From Styela clava (lineage: Eukaryota), in the NCBI RefSeq assembly GCF_964204865.1, contig NC_135250.1, forward strand, positions 5,022,001-5,086,000: DNA of 64,000 bases. The letters are read 5' to 3'. Under the pieces are notes generated by a model. It made no database searches. It had not been told where the DNA came from and saw only the letters and a program-made list of their open reading frames with translations. Within the stretch, counting starts at the first letter, position 1. The number at the start of each line of letters is the position of its first letter. This document shows positions 28,374 through 41,000 of this stretch, in pieces. A program made the position numbers and the translations under genes.

Positions 28374-29299
28374 ATGAAAAAGGTTAGTGGTAAAACAACT
28401 CCAGATAAACTGCGATACACGCAAGATTCAATAAGTTCCAATTTCAAAAATGGCGGAAGTATCGAAGAAGCCATCAATAATGTTGTTGCCGGGGTATTAT
28501 CAGTTCTTGATTTTCCTCGAATGGAAGTTTACAGTTTTGCTGGTAGCTTGTGGTGTCGAAACAACAGGAGACTGTACGTTATGAAAGTAAGTAAATTTGT
28601 AAGTTGTGCTTTATTGTGTGTGATGTTATCGTTTATGAATTGTTATACTGTATTATATGGAAGTTTCCCCAATCCTTGACCTCTGAAAGATCCTCCCTGT
28701 ACTTCATCATTGCAAACTTTTCAACGTTGATTTTGAGAGTGTTTTGGAGAGTTGGCGCTTACAAACTGGCTCCCATGTCTAAACCTATCATTTTTTTTTT
28801 CAAAACAATGAACAACGTGCCGCTTATAGCTACTGATAGCTAATTTTAGGGTATTCTATCGCAGCGTTTGCAGTATCAATTTTTGGTTATTGTAACTACG
28901 GTAAACTAAAGGTCTTCAGAAGACCTTCAATTCTGTAAATCTGGCAACTGGTTTCAAAAATGCTGTGAGTCTGTAACCAAGCTAAATCATCACTAAATAT
29001 TTTTATATAAGTCCTTGATATTACTTACTTACAATATAATTGTTTTTATTTTCGTTGCATAGGAGCTGCAAAGGCGGGGGCATTTAGACAAAATCGTTTT
29101 TGACTACGTGTGGGAAAGGCCACATAATAGAAGATATTTTACGACAAAAACAGACGGAAAAAGTATACGAGTTCGCAAAGGACGGTCAGGAATTAATAAT
29201 GTTGGGAGAGGAGGGTTCAGAACTATTAATGCAGACATATTGCTCTCCTCATTTGCATTCTCACTTACAGATGACGAAGCTGATGACGATATATTTTAG
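28374..29299 (+). CDS. Small two-exon protein, putative ParB/Sulfiredoxin-like domain, copy 1 (149 aa)
   Basis: Exon 1 28374-28586 (ends ATGAAA|GTAAGT), exon 2 29063-29299 (TAG|GAGCTG, phase 0). [18 protein letters not shown]...FPRMEVY...[12 protein letters not shown]|ELQRRGHL...YFTTKTDGKSIRVR. Exon structure is conserved in five paralogs; the domain label is inferred from motifs. Confidence 0.8.
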
Positions 29300-30548
29300 A
29301 CTGGTAATCCAAATCCTATAAAAATTAGATTCTGTTTATGCAGGATTTTGTATTGTTATGGTGGGAATCAGGAATGTCGCAAATGTTTGCATGAACTCTC
29401 GTACTTGAATATCGTTGTGATTAGCGAACCAATTATCATTATAGCCGTTAGACGGCAGCAGCAAATGAGTTACGTCCACTGCAGTAATGTATTCATATTT
29501 GTGAAGCGTGCCACTTCATGACAGCTTACCTGGTAGAATACAAATACCTGTTGTGAGTGAATTCTACACAAAGGAGATCCTGTTATTAAATTTTGAATCC
29601 CACAACCAGTTATATGGTTCCAATAATTTATGTGCTTATTTTATGTATATATATCTATATATATTGTATATTTTTATACGATACTATTAAACTGAGTTCG
29701 CCTATTTTGTGGAATGTATTTTTTTTTGTATTGTACATTTGTGTATGGCGTAACATTGCCATCTGGAATTCATAGATTGGGATTTTGAGGTATGATTCAG
29801 TTCCGTGTGATAATATTGAGCATGCTTCTTTTATTCTACTTCTTGAGATATTTCTATAAAATCAGTTTAACAAGGTGTCCGTGATTCAAAGGCAAAGCGT
29901 CGAATAGTCGATTTCGTACAAATTTAACGCTAGATATATTATAACGTTGCACATTCGAATTGAATTACGAAATATATTATAATGAAATACAACTAAATTC
30001 TAATACCAGTATACGTGACGAAACTAATTATGGGAATCACTGCCCTGAAAATGTTTAAAAAAAACTAAATCCTAGACCTCGAAGCCACAGACGTATAATT
30101 TATATCGCCATTATGTATACTGATAACCTTATTTTACTTTTTATTTACACTACACTTCTCTTTTATTTGTCTTCGTCGTTCATTTGCTACGATAAGGATA
30201 CCGGAGGGGGGGTGTGGTGGGCAAGGTCGAGGGGTGTTTTCGAGAAAAAAGTTTCGTGTATTTCGTACAGTATTTAAATTGCACCATTCAATTCTTTGTA
30301 CTTTGAGCGTGTTAGACATTTACTAAAATAAACCATACGTTTGATGACAGAATGTTCTAAAAAATGGTTCTTACGGTTCATTTCGTGCGAATGAAGCTAG
30401 GTAATACATCGGTAGTAGAACATAAAGGGGGAGTTGCCAACGAAAATAAATTAAGCTTCATAATCAAGCGAAGGGTTTTGTCCATGCGATGGAGGCGAAA
30501 TGCTCGCCGTTTATGTAACATTATATTTGTCGAACCGATTTTTAAAAA

Positions 30549-31310
30549 ATGAGACTTAGAATAAGTCCTGATAACCTGCGATACACTCAAAACTCAATAA
30601 GCTCAAACTTCAGAAATGGCGGGAGCATCGAGAAAGCCATTAATGACGTTGCCAGAGGAGTATCGTCAGTTAAATCTTTTCCTAGAATGAAGGTTTACAG
30701 TTTGGCTGGTAGACTTTGGTGTCGAAACAACAGGAGACTGTACGTTATGAAAGTAGGTGAATTTGTAAGCTGTGCTGTATTGTGTGTGTTAATAAGGCTT
30801 ACTTACCGTGGCTAGGGTATGAGTTTCGTATTTATTCCGAAGGAGAGGAAAGCTCAATTGTATGGCGAACCACGGCCAAAGGTATGGGATTAGTTAACCA
30901 GTTATTATTTATTTCAGATGCATGGACTTGATAGTGGACGAAACCGTGACCGATCCGCTTTACGATGGCGAGGAGTCCGTCCTATTCTCTCGCACTTAAT
31001 TTTTCTCACGAGCGTAGACTAAACTAAATGGCTTCCTCCCCGTCCCCCAAATTATGTACTTTGACAATTTATTTTTGTTCTAAAGGAACTGCAACTGCGG
31101 GGGCATTTAGGAGAAATCGTTGTTGACTACATCGGGGAAAAGCTACATCATAGAAGATATTTTACGACAAAAACAGACGGAAATAGTATACGAGTTCGCG
31201 GACAGTCTGGAATTGCTGATTTGAACTCCTCATTTGCAGATTTAACCATTACTGCGAACCAATATAATTACCAATATGATGAAAGACCAATACGAAGACT
31301 AATACGATGA
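30549..31310 (+). CDS. Putative ParB/Srx-like protein, copy 2 (142 aa; ancestral repeat tail lost by frameshift)
   Basis: Exon 1 30549-30752 (ATGAAA|GTAGGT), exon 2 31086-31310 (AAG|GAACTG...ANQYNYQYDERPIRRLIR*). Leaves the DQY-repeat frame near 31282. Confidence 0.75.
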
Positions 31311-32678
31311 CCAATATGACGACCAATACGATGACCAATATGAATACCAATACGATGACCAATATGAAGGCCAATATGATGACCAGTATGAAGACCAGTA
31401 TGAAGACCAAATCGATAACCTATATCAGGGGTGTGCAAACTGCGGCCCGCGGGCCAAATGCGGCCCGCCAATAAAAATTGTGCGGGCCGCGAAGAAGTGC
31501 CGATTTTAAGGATGTGACTTGAAGTGCTTATTACACGTCTAGGATGTTTTTGATTAAAAATATTTTATAATTTTTATCCTATATTTCAATTTTGTCGAGA
31601 TAGTTCGTGCAGCCTCGGCAATAAGGGCAAAATATAATGGCATATATAATCATTTCTTGCAATTTGGAATCAGAATTTGGTAATCAGGTTCACTCATTTA
31701 ATAACGACGATGATCGCGTAATTACATTTACGTTTTACTGAATCAACGAATGGTGTCGTAAGCAATATATATATATAAATAAAAGCCCGTGGTACAAGCC
31801 CTACCACACGCCAATCAAATATCTACCATCCCATTTGGCCCGTTCGTTTCCTGCGAGTACGTGCAAAAGGTCTCACTCAGTTTCAGTTGAGCAGACAATG
31901 ATACGTAACGATGGCGTAACAGTTAAAACTAAATAAAAAATTAAAATAAAACTGCGAAAAGAGTAAATTCTAATTTTGAATTCCATTTGCGTGTGCTCAT
32001 TTTCGTACATTACGTTCTTTCTCAACTATTAACGCCTCCGCTCACCTCCCTCGATCGCCGTCCTCACACTTTCCGCGGTCTTTGCTTATCCAAGCCAAAT
32101 ATTATCTCCGTGTTTTGTGGACTTAGAACGGTTTAATGCCTTTTCAGATAAAGAGCGTCCGTACTTACGGAATGGGGATTGGAACAAATTAATTTCGTTC
32201 CAATTACGGAAACCTCTTATTTAAGGTGCACATGGTAAGAAGAAAGAACAGGGAGTTAACGAATTAAAACTACAAATTTTTCGTATTCAGAGACTTTCGT
32301 AGGTAGAATTTCTAGGTGCGGCCCGCGGCTTCACCAAGTTACTTGTATTTGGCCCGCCTGTAAAAAATGTTGCACACCCCTGACCTATATGATGACCAAT
32401 ATCCTTGCCAATATTGTGACCAATATTATGAAAATTATGGCCAATATGATTACCAATATCCCTGCCAATATCATGACCAATATGATGAAGATTATGACCA
32501 ATATCCCTGACAATATCGTGACTAATATGATGAAGATTATGACCAATATGATTACCAATATCCCTTTCAATATCGTGCCCAATATGATGAAGAATATGGC
32601 CATTATGATTATCAAAATCATGATCAATATCATGACGAATATAACCGAGAAGAATATGACGAATATTATGACGTATAT
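31258..32678 (+). repeat. Degenerate copy of the same 12-nt minisatellite (31258-31425 and 32383-32678), split by a hAT MITE
   Basis: gaccaatatgat-type units on both sides of the 31426-32382 insertion. Confidence 0.88.
31426..32382. mobile_element. Non-autonomous hAT-type element
   Basis: Perfect 13-bp TIR caggggtgtgcaa / ttgcacacccctg, subterminal cggcccgc motifs, exact 8-bp TSD acctatat (31418-31425 and 32383-32390). Confidence 0.93.
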
Positions 32679-33461
32679 CAAGGCTGCCCAACCCGCGGCC
32701 CGCCGAACTGTTTTTTGCGGCCCGTCCTATAAAGTTTGTGAGAAAAATATTTAAATTTTCACTATGTTATATATAAATATTTAGGTTTAAGTATGTTTGG
32801 TGATTTTGGTGTGATTATTCCTGCCATCTATCCACATTCAATTGCCGGTTCTTATTATTACGTATGTGTCAAGTCTTGCACCCTGGTGGACATCGACGTC
32901 GTTTTTTTTTTTATTTCTGGAATTTATTTTTGGATATCGTGCGATCATTGGGGACAAACGAAACGAAACGACCCACTTAAACTTGATATTCCCGCGACTT
33001 AAACCTTGAGATAATATCATAGCTACTCAAAGTAAACGGATGAAAACACTACTACCCAAATATAACACTCAATTTTGACGCGATGTATTTGTTCTCGTGT
33101 GGTCGTCAAAAAAACGCAATTGTGTTGTGGTATACAACTTGTGTAATGATTGATTGTTTGATTCGGGGGCCCGCGAGTGTCATGTCCACGCCCCGCGTTA
33201 CCAGATATTCGAATAGTAAACTGCTATTCTAATATTCGACTTCATATTCGAATAATTTGCCAACCCTAACCAGTAACCAGGAAGCAATTATCAACTTGAT
33301 TGATTTCATGTTAATGAACTTGCCTTTTATGTATTATGTAAATTACCTACACCGAAATTTGGAATTAGCTGGTATTAATGTTCAGTATAAACGTTTGCGG
33401 CCCGCAACGAATTTCGTCATGTGAAAGTGTCCCGCGAGACCAAAATAGTTGGGCAGGCCTG
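32679..33461. mobile_element. Non-autonomous hAT-type element
   Basis: Imperfect TIR caaggctgcccaac / gttgggcaggcctg; TSD acgtatat / gcgtatat (7 of 8). Confidence 0.85.
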
Positions 33462-34214
33462 GCGTATATGATAACGATTTGTTGGACTGGTCATCTGAAA
33501 TCTCCTATGGAGTCAGACCATTCACTTGACCGTATTTCATTTCCCAATGTAAATAAAACAAAACTTGACTATGACGAGGTTTAAATTATTTTTTTCAAAT
33601 TTGTCATTAAGATGAACCGATCGCCTAGGTGCAAACATCAACGATGACAAATTGCCTATATTTGTTTGCCTTTGTTATATTATTTCAGATTACCTGCAGT
33701 CGAGAAAATTATTTCTATATTAATATATTTATAAACGTATTAGAAGCATTTATATGCCAGCCACAGTTACGTCAAAGTGCATAAATAATTATTACAACAA
33801 TATACGCTGATTTTATGTCTTTACACTATGCTATTGAATTCGAGTTCTATTTATTTGTAGATTGTATCGGTTTTCTTGTAGTAAATTTGGTTATGACGTA
33901 ACATTGACATACTTACCTATCTGTAATTATTTTATTAATATTTCAAGGTATGAGTAGGTTTTGTGTTATAAAATAGTAGAATATTGAGTATGCTTATAGT
34001 TTATTCTACTTCTCCGAGTCTTTCCGATATAAAAAAAACAACTAGGGTCTCAGACAAATAACATTCACTATCAACAGAAAGTGGTTAAACACATCGCAAT
34101 TTACAATAGCTATTATGTTATTACTCCCTCAAGTTGCAACTCTATGATGAGATTGTTAAACTTCTGATTAACAGAAATTGTAATAGGCAGTTGATAATGA
34201 TAACAAATAACCAA

Positions 34215-35090
34215 AATGGGAATGCGGAATCGTTCTTCACTATTGGATTCAGAGCGGAGTGTTTTTAGACACGAAATAGTCACAGGGATAGTCTTGTTAA
34301 CTTGTTCTTATTTTTTTGTTATTTTATTCTTTTTCTAGTCATTGTAAAAAATCGCGTTTCTCTTTCTTCGACTACTGGGACAATTGCTTTGAAATTGTCA
34401 GTGGTTGAAGATTGTTCTTGTCTCTGGAACGCTATTACTAATATTTATTTCAAAAATGCTGTAGGTTGTATAGCATTCGTTTTTCACTTTGAAGTTTTGT
34501 GTCATGGCGTCATCGAAATAAAAATTGCGCAGCGTGTGGCGATTCCGCGATCGCATTTCAGCGATCTAGACTTTCTAGAGGTCAGCAAAGTCGGAAGCTC
34601 ATTGATAAGGAAGACTATCGGTACTGGAAAAAATTTGATATACCTTCGTTTTGGTCTTCGTGTCTATATATATATTTGAGCATTGCTCTCCTTTTTTCCG
34701 AATTTCCGGTCTGGAGCCGGAATCGAAATTTTGAACTTTTTTGAACGGTCAAGTGTGAAGCCAGTGTCGATTTTTTGTAACGAAAACTACAAAACATAAA
34801 TCTATTGAGTGAATAAATTTTCATGTCGAAATGTTGAATATCTCGGAGTTGAAATCAATTTATTTCCAGTTACGAGTTAGAGTTAGGAATCGGAAGCAAA
34901 TGGGAAGCATCTTTCTTAGCTACACTTGTATACGATATACCGTCGTATACCGTTTGCTTGAGCTGTGTTCCGTCTTGCTATTTTTAGTAATTGATAAGTC
35001 CTTCAAACTATTTGTTAAAAAAGTAAATTTCAACGACTGCTCACGTGAAAAACAAACAAATAGTAAAACAGCAATTATACTATAAAACAG
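34215..35090 (+). repeat. Unclassified dispersed repeat family (longest copy)
   Basis: Core tgctttgaaatt..cagtggtt.aagattg...ctagaaggctattact...tgacgtcatcaaaat recurs near 60-500, 6370-6790, 8775-9130, 17640-17990, 21380-21645, 25900-26890 (reverse), 39650-39790, 40090-40300, 42770-43510. Confidence 0.7.
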
Positions 35091-35095
35091 TGTTT

Positions 35096-38000
35096 TTAGG
35101 GGCAATAGCTTGTTTTCATTCTACACGATGACTCGCAATAATGATCTTCACCATAATATTCATCTCTGCATCTTCTAGTGTTGACGTCCTATATAAATGC
35201 AAATACCAGATTTTAAGTAATACAAGTTGTCTCGTTATATAATGACATCAAATTGGAAGGAACTCGTATTTAGAGTTGCACGTATAGGCCAGGTTGTCAC
35301 GCCAGTTGCATGTATCTCCTCACTTCATATGCTTACTCTAATCAAAGTATTTTATGTAACCTAACCCAGAACATAGCTTGAATGTCATTTCATACACTTA
35401 ACTAACTATTCACCTAAAAATTTATATCTATTCTAATCCAGAACATAGTATGTGTAAATAATAGTTCATATATATGCTTGCTACATCAACCATTTTCTGA
35501 AAGATTATAATATCTACCCTATCTCAGAAAAACAGAAGTGGGACAAGAGTGAAGAAATGGGACAAATGTGCTACACTGGGACACGCGTGTAATAAGAGGA
35601 CACAACATGTGGGACACCGTGTCTCCGGCATAAAGATGGAACTCGATCCCAGTTTACTACAGGTATCATAACTATCTTTCACCTCTGATCCTATTAAACA
35701 GTCTCGAGTGGAGGATTTAAATCCGTTGCAAATATTTCCATGTCCTACACGAGAACGACAAGTCGACCACGACCCCCATTGACCCCAGTGGTAAGATGTT
35801 GAGGATTCTTCTGAAATATGTGTACGGGGTTAAACGAGTTCATTTTCGATGAGGAAATATCTAATGATCTTTCTTATATTCTGATAAAATATTTTTAATT
35901 TATTGAAACACCAGTGTATAAGCGTCCTCACACAGCTACAGTTGCATGACTAAGTGAGATAATGAATTGACCCACGACTCAAATACACTTCTTGAGCATC
36001 TGATCTTGTAAAACATGACACCAACTTAGTACTTACAAGAAGTTTTTCCAAAACTACTACTCTCATCCATTTCAAATTTACTCAAAAGTAGAAAAAGTAT
36101 CGCGAAAGCTCATCGCCGAGTCTTACATGGACCGATATCCCGAAACTCGGTCTTCAGCGAAGGTCTCGTTGGTACTTGCGCGCGAGATAAGTGGCCATAT
36201 ATAGGATCAGTACTAATCGATACTGCTCTTAGGCGGGTACACGTGTCCCACTTGTACCAGTGGGACACGTTGGACAAGTGGGACACGACATTTTGGAGAC
36301 ACCGGATAATATGCACGCAATATTTTGGACAAACTCTGTTACTCGTTATAAATTACTCATGAATCCACCACAAACGCAAATCTACTACAGTTGTCGCGAA
36401 CAAATACCTTAAAATAACTACTATTCTGTATAGATGCTTTTAGCAAATTCAGTTACAACATCTACCGAGTAATTTTGCTGCCAACTATGATTATTGAAAA
36501 TTATTTCACCTGGACATGATTTTAGATTGCAAGTGCGAAGTTTAACATCTTTCCCAGGATTACATTTATTTGAATCCAGAACTTCGAAGTTGTCAGAATC
36601 AAAGCATTTTCTTTTCATTTTGATTTCTCCAGTTCCACATGAGGCGCTACATTCAGAAGCGTTGAACCATTCTCCCCAATGGTATTCTGGAAAATATTTT
36701 TATTTGCGGTAACACGGAGAAAAAATTTTTCAGGAGGCATAAATTTAGTATCTTTTTATTCCCTCGTGCGTTTTTATCAGTGTTAGGGAGGCTCGAGTAA
36801 TTAACTCAACTCGAGTAACCAATAACAAAGACTCGAAGTTACTCAAGTCATCTATTGAGTGGGATTCGTGATCAACAACCGCCAGTGAGACTCAACTTGG
36901 TGTTTGAATTGACCCCGGACTCTACTTGGCTCACTCAGAACTTAAGTTTAGGGACTTTCACTAAACACTGGTTTTTATAAAAAAAAATACCCGATTAATA
37001 TGAAATTGTATAATATGGTACGATATTACGCGACAAGCCTGTTTGACCAAATGGCGAAGTTATACCTTTATAGGTGGCACGAAATGCGCCAACGAGGTAA
37101 TAGATTTATATGTTGGTTTGCGATCCGATTTGATGCCCAGGGCTCAAAAATAAATCTGTTCAATATACCAATGCAGTATGGTTTGACACATTTTCCAATT
37201 AGTTTGTCTTCTCCAGGGCAGTTGTCCGGTTTCGATTGATCGCCTTTATCGTCCACACAGTTCCGAGTGCTCGATTCAGTTCCTTCACCACATGTTACGC
37301 TGCAAGTTGAGACCCAGGGTGTCCAATGATATTCTGTTAATATTATATATGTGATATCAGAAGATAAGAAACTTAAATCGGATGCATCACAAATAGAATA
37401 TTAGCAAGAAACAACAGTAAGATTTATATTTATCATTTTATCATAGCATGTATGTTGTTGTGAGATTCGATACACAGCCAAAACAACAGCTCGGTGAAAC
37501 CAAGTATATTAAAGTGAGCACAATTTCTGCGATAAAAATTGTTTATAAGAGTATATATCAGTTAGATTTTTCATTGCTTGATGAACTGAAAATATAAACT
37601 GAGGGTACGAAAAAAATTTACACATTGAAATGGGAATATAAGACAACTACGGTTTTATTTTCCTTGTATTAATTTTGTATAGTGATGAAAACTACCACAA
37701 CTTTTTTAATTTGCATGATTGCCGGGTTGCCTGATTTGTGATTGTCGCTATATGTTAATGGTAATCTCAGGGCATTCAATTTTTAGTTTGAAACTGTTAA
37801 TAAAAGTTACCAATACAGTCGGGCTTGACACATTTTCTAATTTTCCTGGATTCACCAACACAGTTCTCCGCTTTCGATTGACTGTTTTTGTCGTCCATAC
37901 AGTCTCGAGAGCTTGTTTCAGTTCCTTCACCGCATGCTACGTTGCATGTTGAGACCCAAGTAGTCCAATGATATTCTATTATCAACGGAACATCAACATC

Positions 38001-41000
38001 GAATGTACAGTATACAGAGAAAATGGAAATAATTTTATACAATGCTTATTTTCAACCAAAAAAAAATTGAAAATCAATGGGGTTAGGATGTGGTACAAAA
38101 GTATCAAACTAGACGAAACAATCATTTTCTGGATTCAAAATATTGAATTTAGAAATAAAATTAACATAATTACCAATGCACTTCGGCATTACGCATGGTT
38201 TTATCTTCTTTTCTCGGCCTGGGCAGTTATTCGGAAACGTCGGTGCATTGTTTGCATCGGCACAATATCGAGCGATAGTTGCGATTCCTTTATTGCATGT
38301 TACACTACAAGTTGTTTTCCAATGTGTCCAATGATACTCTGTTATCAACGAAAATTTACATCGAATGTACAGTATACAGAGAAAATGGGATTATTTCTAT
38401 ACATTCCTTTTTTTCCACCAAAAAAATTGAAAACCAACGGGGTTAGGATGTGGTAAAACTGTATCGAACTCGACGAGTCAATCATTTTCTGTTTTCAAAA
38501 TATTGAATTTAGAACTAAAATTTACATAATTACCAATGCACTTCGGCTTTATGCATGGTTTAATCTTCTTTTCTAGGCCCGGGCAGTTATTTGGAAACGT
38601 CGGAGCATTGTTTGCATCAGCACAATATCGAGTGCTAGTTGCGATTCCTTCATTGCATGTTACACTACAAGTTGTTATCCAAGGTGTCCAATGATACTCT
38701 GTTATCAATGAAAATTTACATCGAATGTACAGTATACAGAGAAAATGGAAATATATCTATACATTTCTTTTTTTCCACCAAAAAAATTGAAAACCAACGG
38801 GGTTAGGATGTGGTAAAACTGTATCGAACTCGACGAGTCAATCATTTCTGTATTCAAACTATTGAATTTAGAAATAAAATTTACATAATTACCAATGCAC
38901 TTTGGCATTACGCATGGTTTAATCTTCTTTTCTCGGCCAGGGCAGTTATTCGGAAACGTCGGTGCATTGTTTGCATCAGCACAATATCGAGTGCTAGTTG
39001 CAATTCCTTCATTGCATGTGACACTACAAGTTGTTTTCCAAGGTGTCCAATGATACTCTGTTATCAACGAGAATTTACATCGAATGTACAGTATACAGAA
39101 AAATGGAAATGTTTTATATAATGCTTATTTCCCACCAGAAAAATTTAAAACCGCTGGGTTAAAATGTGGTACTCTACTCCAAGGGGTACCAATGGTATTC
39201 TGTAAGCAATAAGTAAAATATCGTCACTAAACGATAATGATGTCACACATTGGCAAAAGCAAAACAGTCAAATTCCCCTGGCATTAATCTGTGTGTACAG
39301 CGTGTAATGGGAAGTCTCTTCAGACAGAGTGCCTTCTGATCATATAGTAGTCGTATCATATATTGACAAAAAATGTCTATTCGGATACGTGCCATTGAAT
39401 AATTTGGACTTGAATCAAATTAAATCTTTTTCAAATCAAGTAATTCATATATGCGGTAACAAACCGACGCAAGGCGGGATTCGGCAGCGAAAATGTCGTA
39501 TGGAAATTCCTTCACATTCCGTTGCAGGTCTGTCATCTTTGTCTAGACAAGTTCTTGTCACTGTTCTTTGTCCTCTACCACATGTCACACTGCATTTATT
39601 TCTTTTCCAGTTGGACCAATGATAGCGAAATCCTGAATAAACAAATACAAAACAAACAAAACTCGATAGAGATGCTCAAATATATGGACACAAAAGCTAA
39701 AACGAAGTAGTACGGGTATGTAATCTGTCGCAGTAGACTACCGCCGCAAGGTGCGCAATTTTTAATTTTGATGACGTCATCGCACAGATGATGGTTACAT
39801 CCGCTTTATAAAAAATACTTCAAAGATAAACATAAATATATTCACCATATATAGTTCTTCCGATCCACGTGATAAAATCGCTGACTCTTGTGTAAATACC
39901 CGGTTTATTTTTCTTTCCACACTCAGCTGGTCCACTGCTTGTTATTCCATGTACAATGTATTCCCCGTTTTCCTCGCACATGAGTGGTCCGCCGCTGTCA
40001 CCACCGCATGTATCTTTCTTCCCTTCAAGATGGCTGTGTGAGACGAAGTACAAACTATTTATGTGAATATTTTTTAAACAAAAAAGATATGCTCAAATAT
40101 ATGGAAACGTAGCGCCACATAATTTTGATGACGCCAAATAAAAGTGATAGCCTTCTGGAGAAAAATTCCATTTTCAACCACTGAAAATTTCAAAGCAATT
40201 GGTCCAGTAATCAAAGAGAAAAGCGATTTCTTCAAAACGTGTCAAAAAACAACAAGTACAACATAACAACAAAACGATTGTTATGTCCACTACGTGTCCA
40301 ATTATATTATTCAATTTTGTTAATTTCTGGCAACACTGCATGTTAATTTCACCGTTTTGTTTCATACTTCACTGATTTTGTGTTTGGCTTGTCCTTGCAT
40401 TGAAAACTTGTAGCGGGTGGGTAGGTCGCTGCCCAAGGCATAATCTGACATAATCATGTTCACGAAGAAGTATTAGTCAAATTACCAATTATTTTATTTC
40501 TCTAGAGAAATTGTGATAGAATATATAGGTTAATCGACGCTGCCGTTCAAATTTAGTTTCAGGTCTCACGGAAATTACCTTTTTAACGTTTTAAAAATTG
40601 GGCTAAGGCAGGGGTGGCCCAACCGGTCAGAGATCAAGAGCCGCATTCCGTACTTTATTACTGCGAAGAGCAAGTTGATACTCTTTCCAATTTCAGTTGA
40701 AAGTTGGGTAGCTATTTTTCAGATAACCAGAGTACTGTCTCAACCCGCGTTGTATGAAGACTAGGAAGTTTTCTAAATGAATCAATATTAATTAGGCAGT
40801 GCGTAAACTAGTTGCTAGTAGTCAGTATTAACCCCGCACAAAAATGACTTTTAGTGTATGAACCATCCGGTCCAGGAGTATGATGCATTTTTCTACAAGC
40901 TTCATCTGAAAATATGTTCACGTCTACTTCTTGCAACACATCTGGAATTGATTCTGAAAGGGCACAAACGTTTATACTCAGTAACATTTAATGTTGTATC

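Noticed and set aside
32287-32754. ORFs of 98-134 aa over the degenerate repeat
   Set aside because: Alternative frames of the same minisatellite running into MITE sequence.
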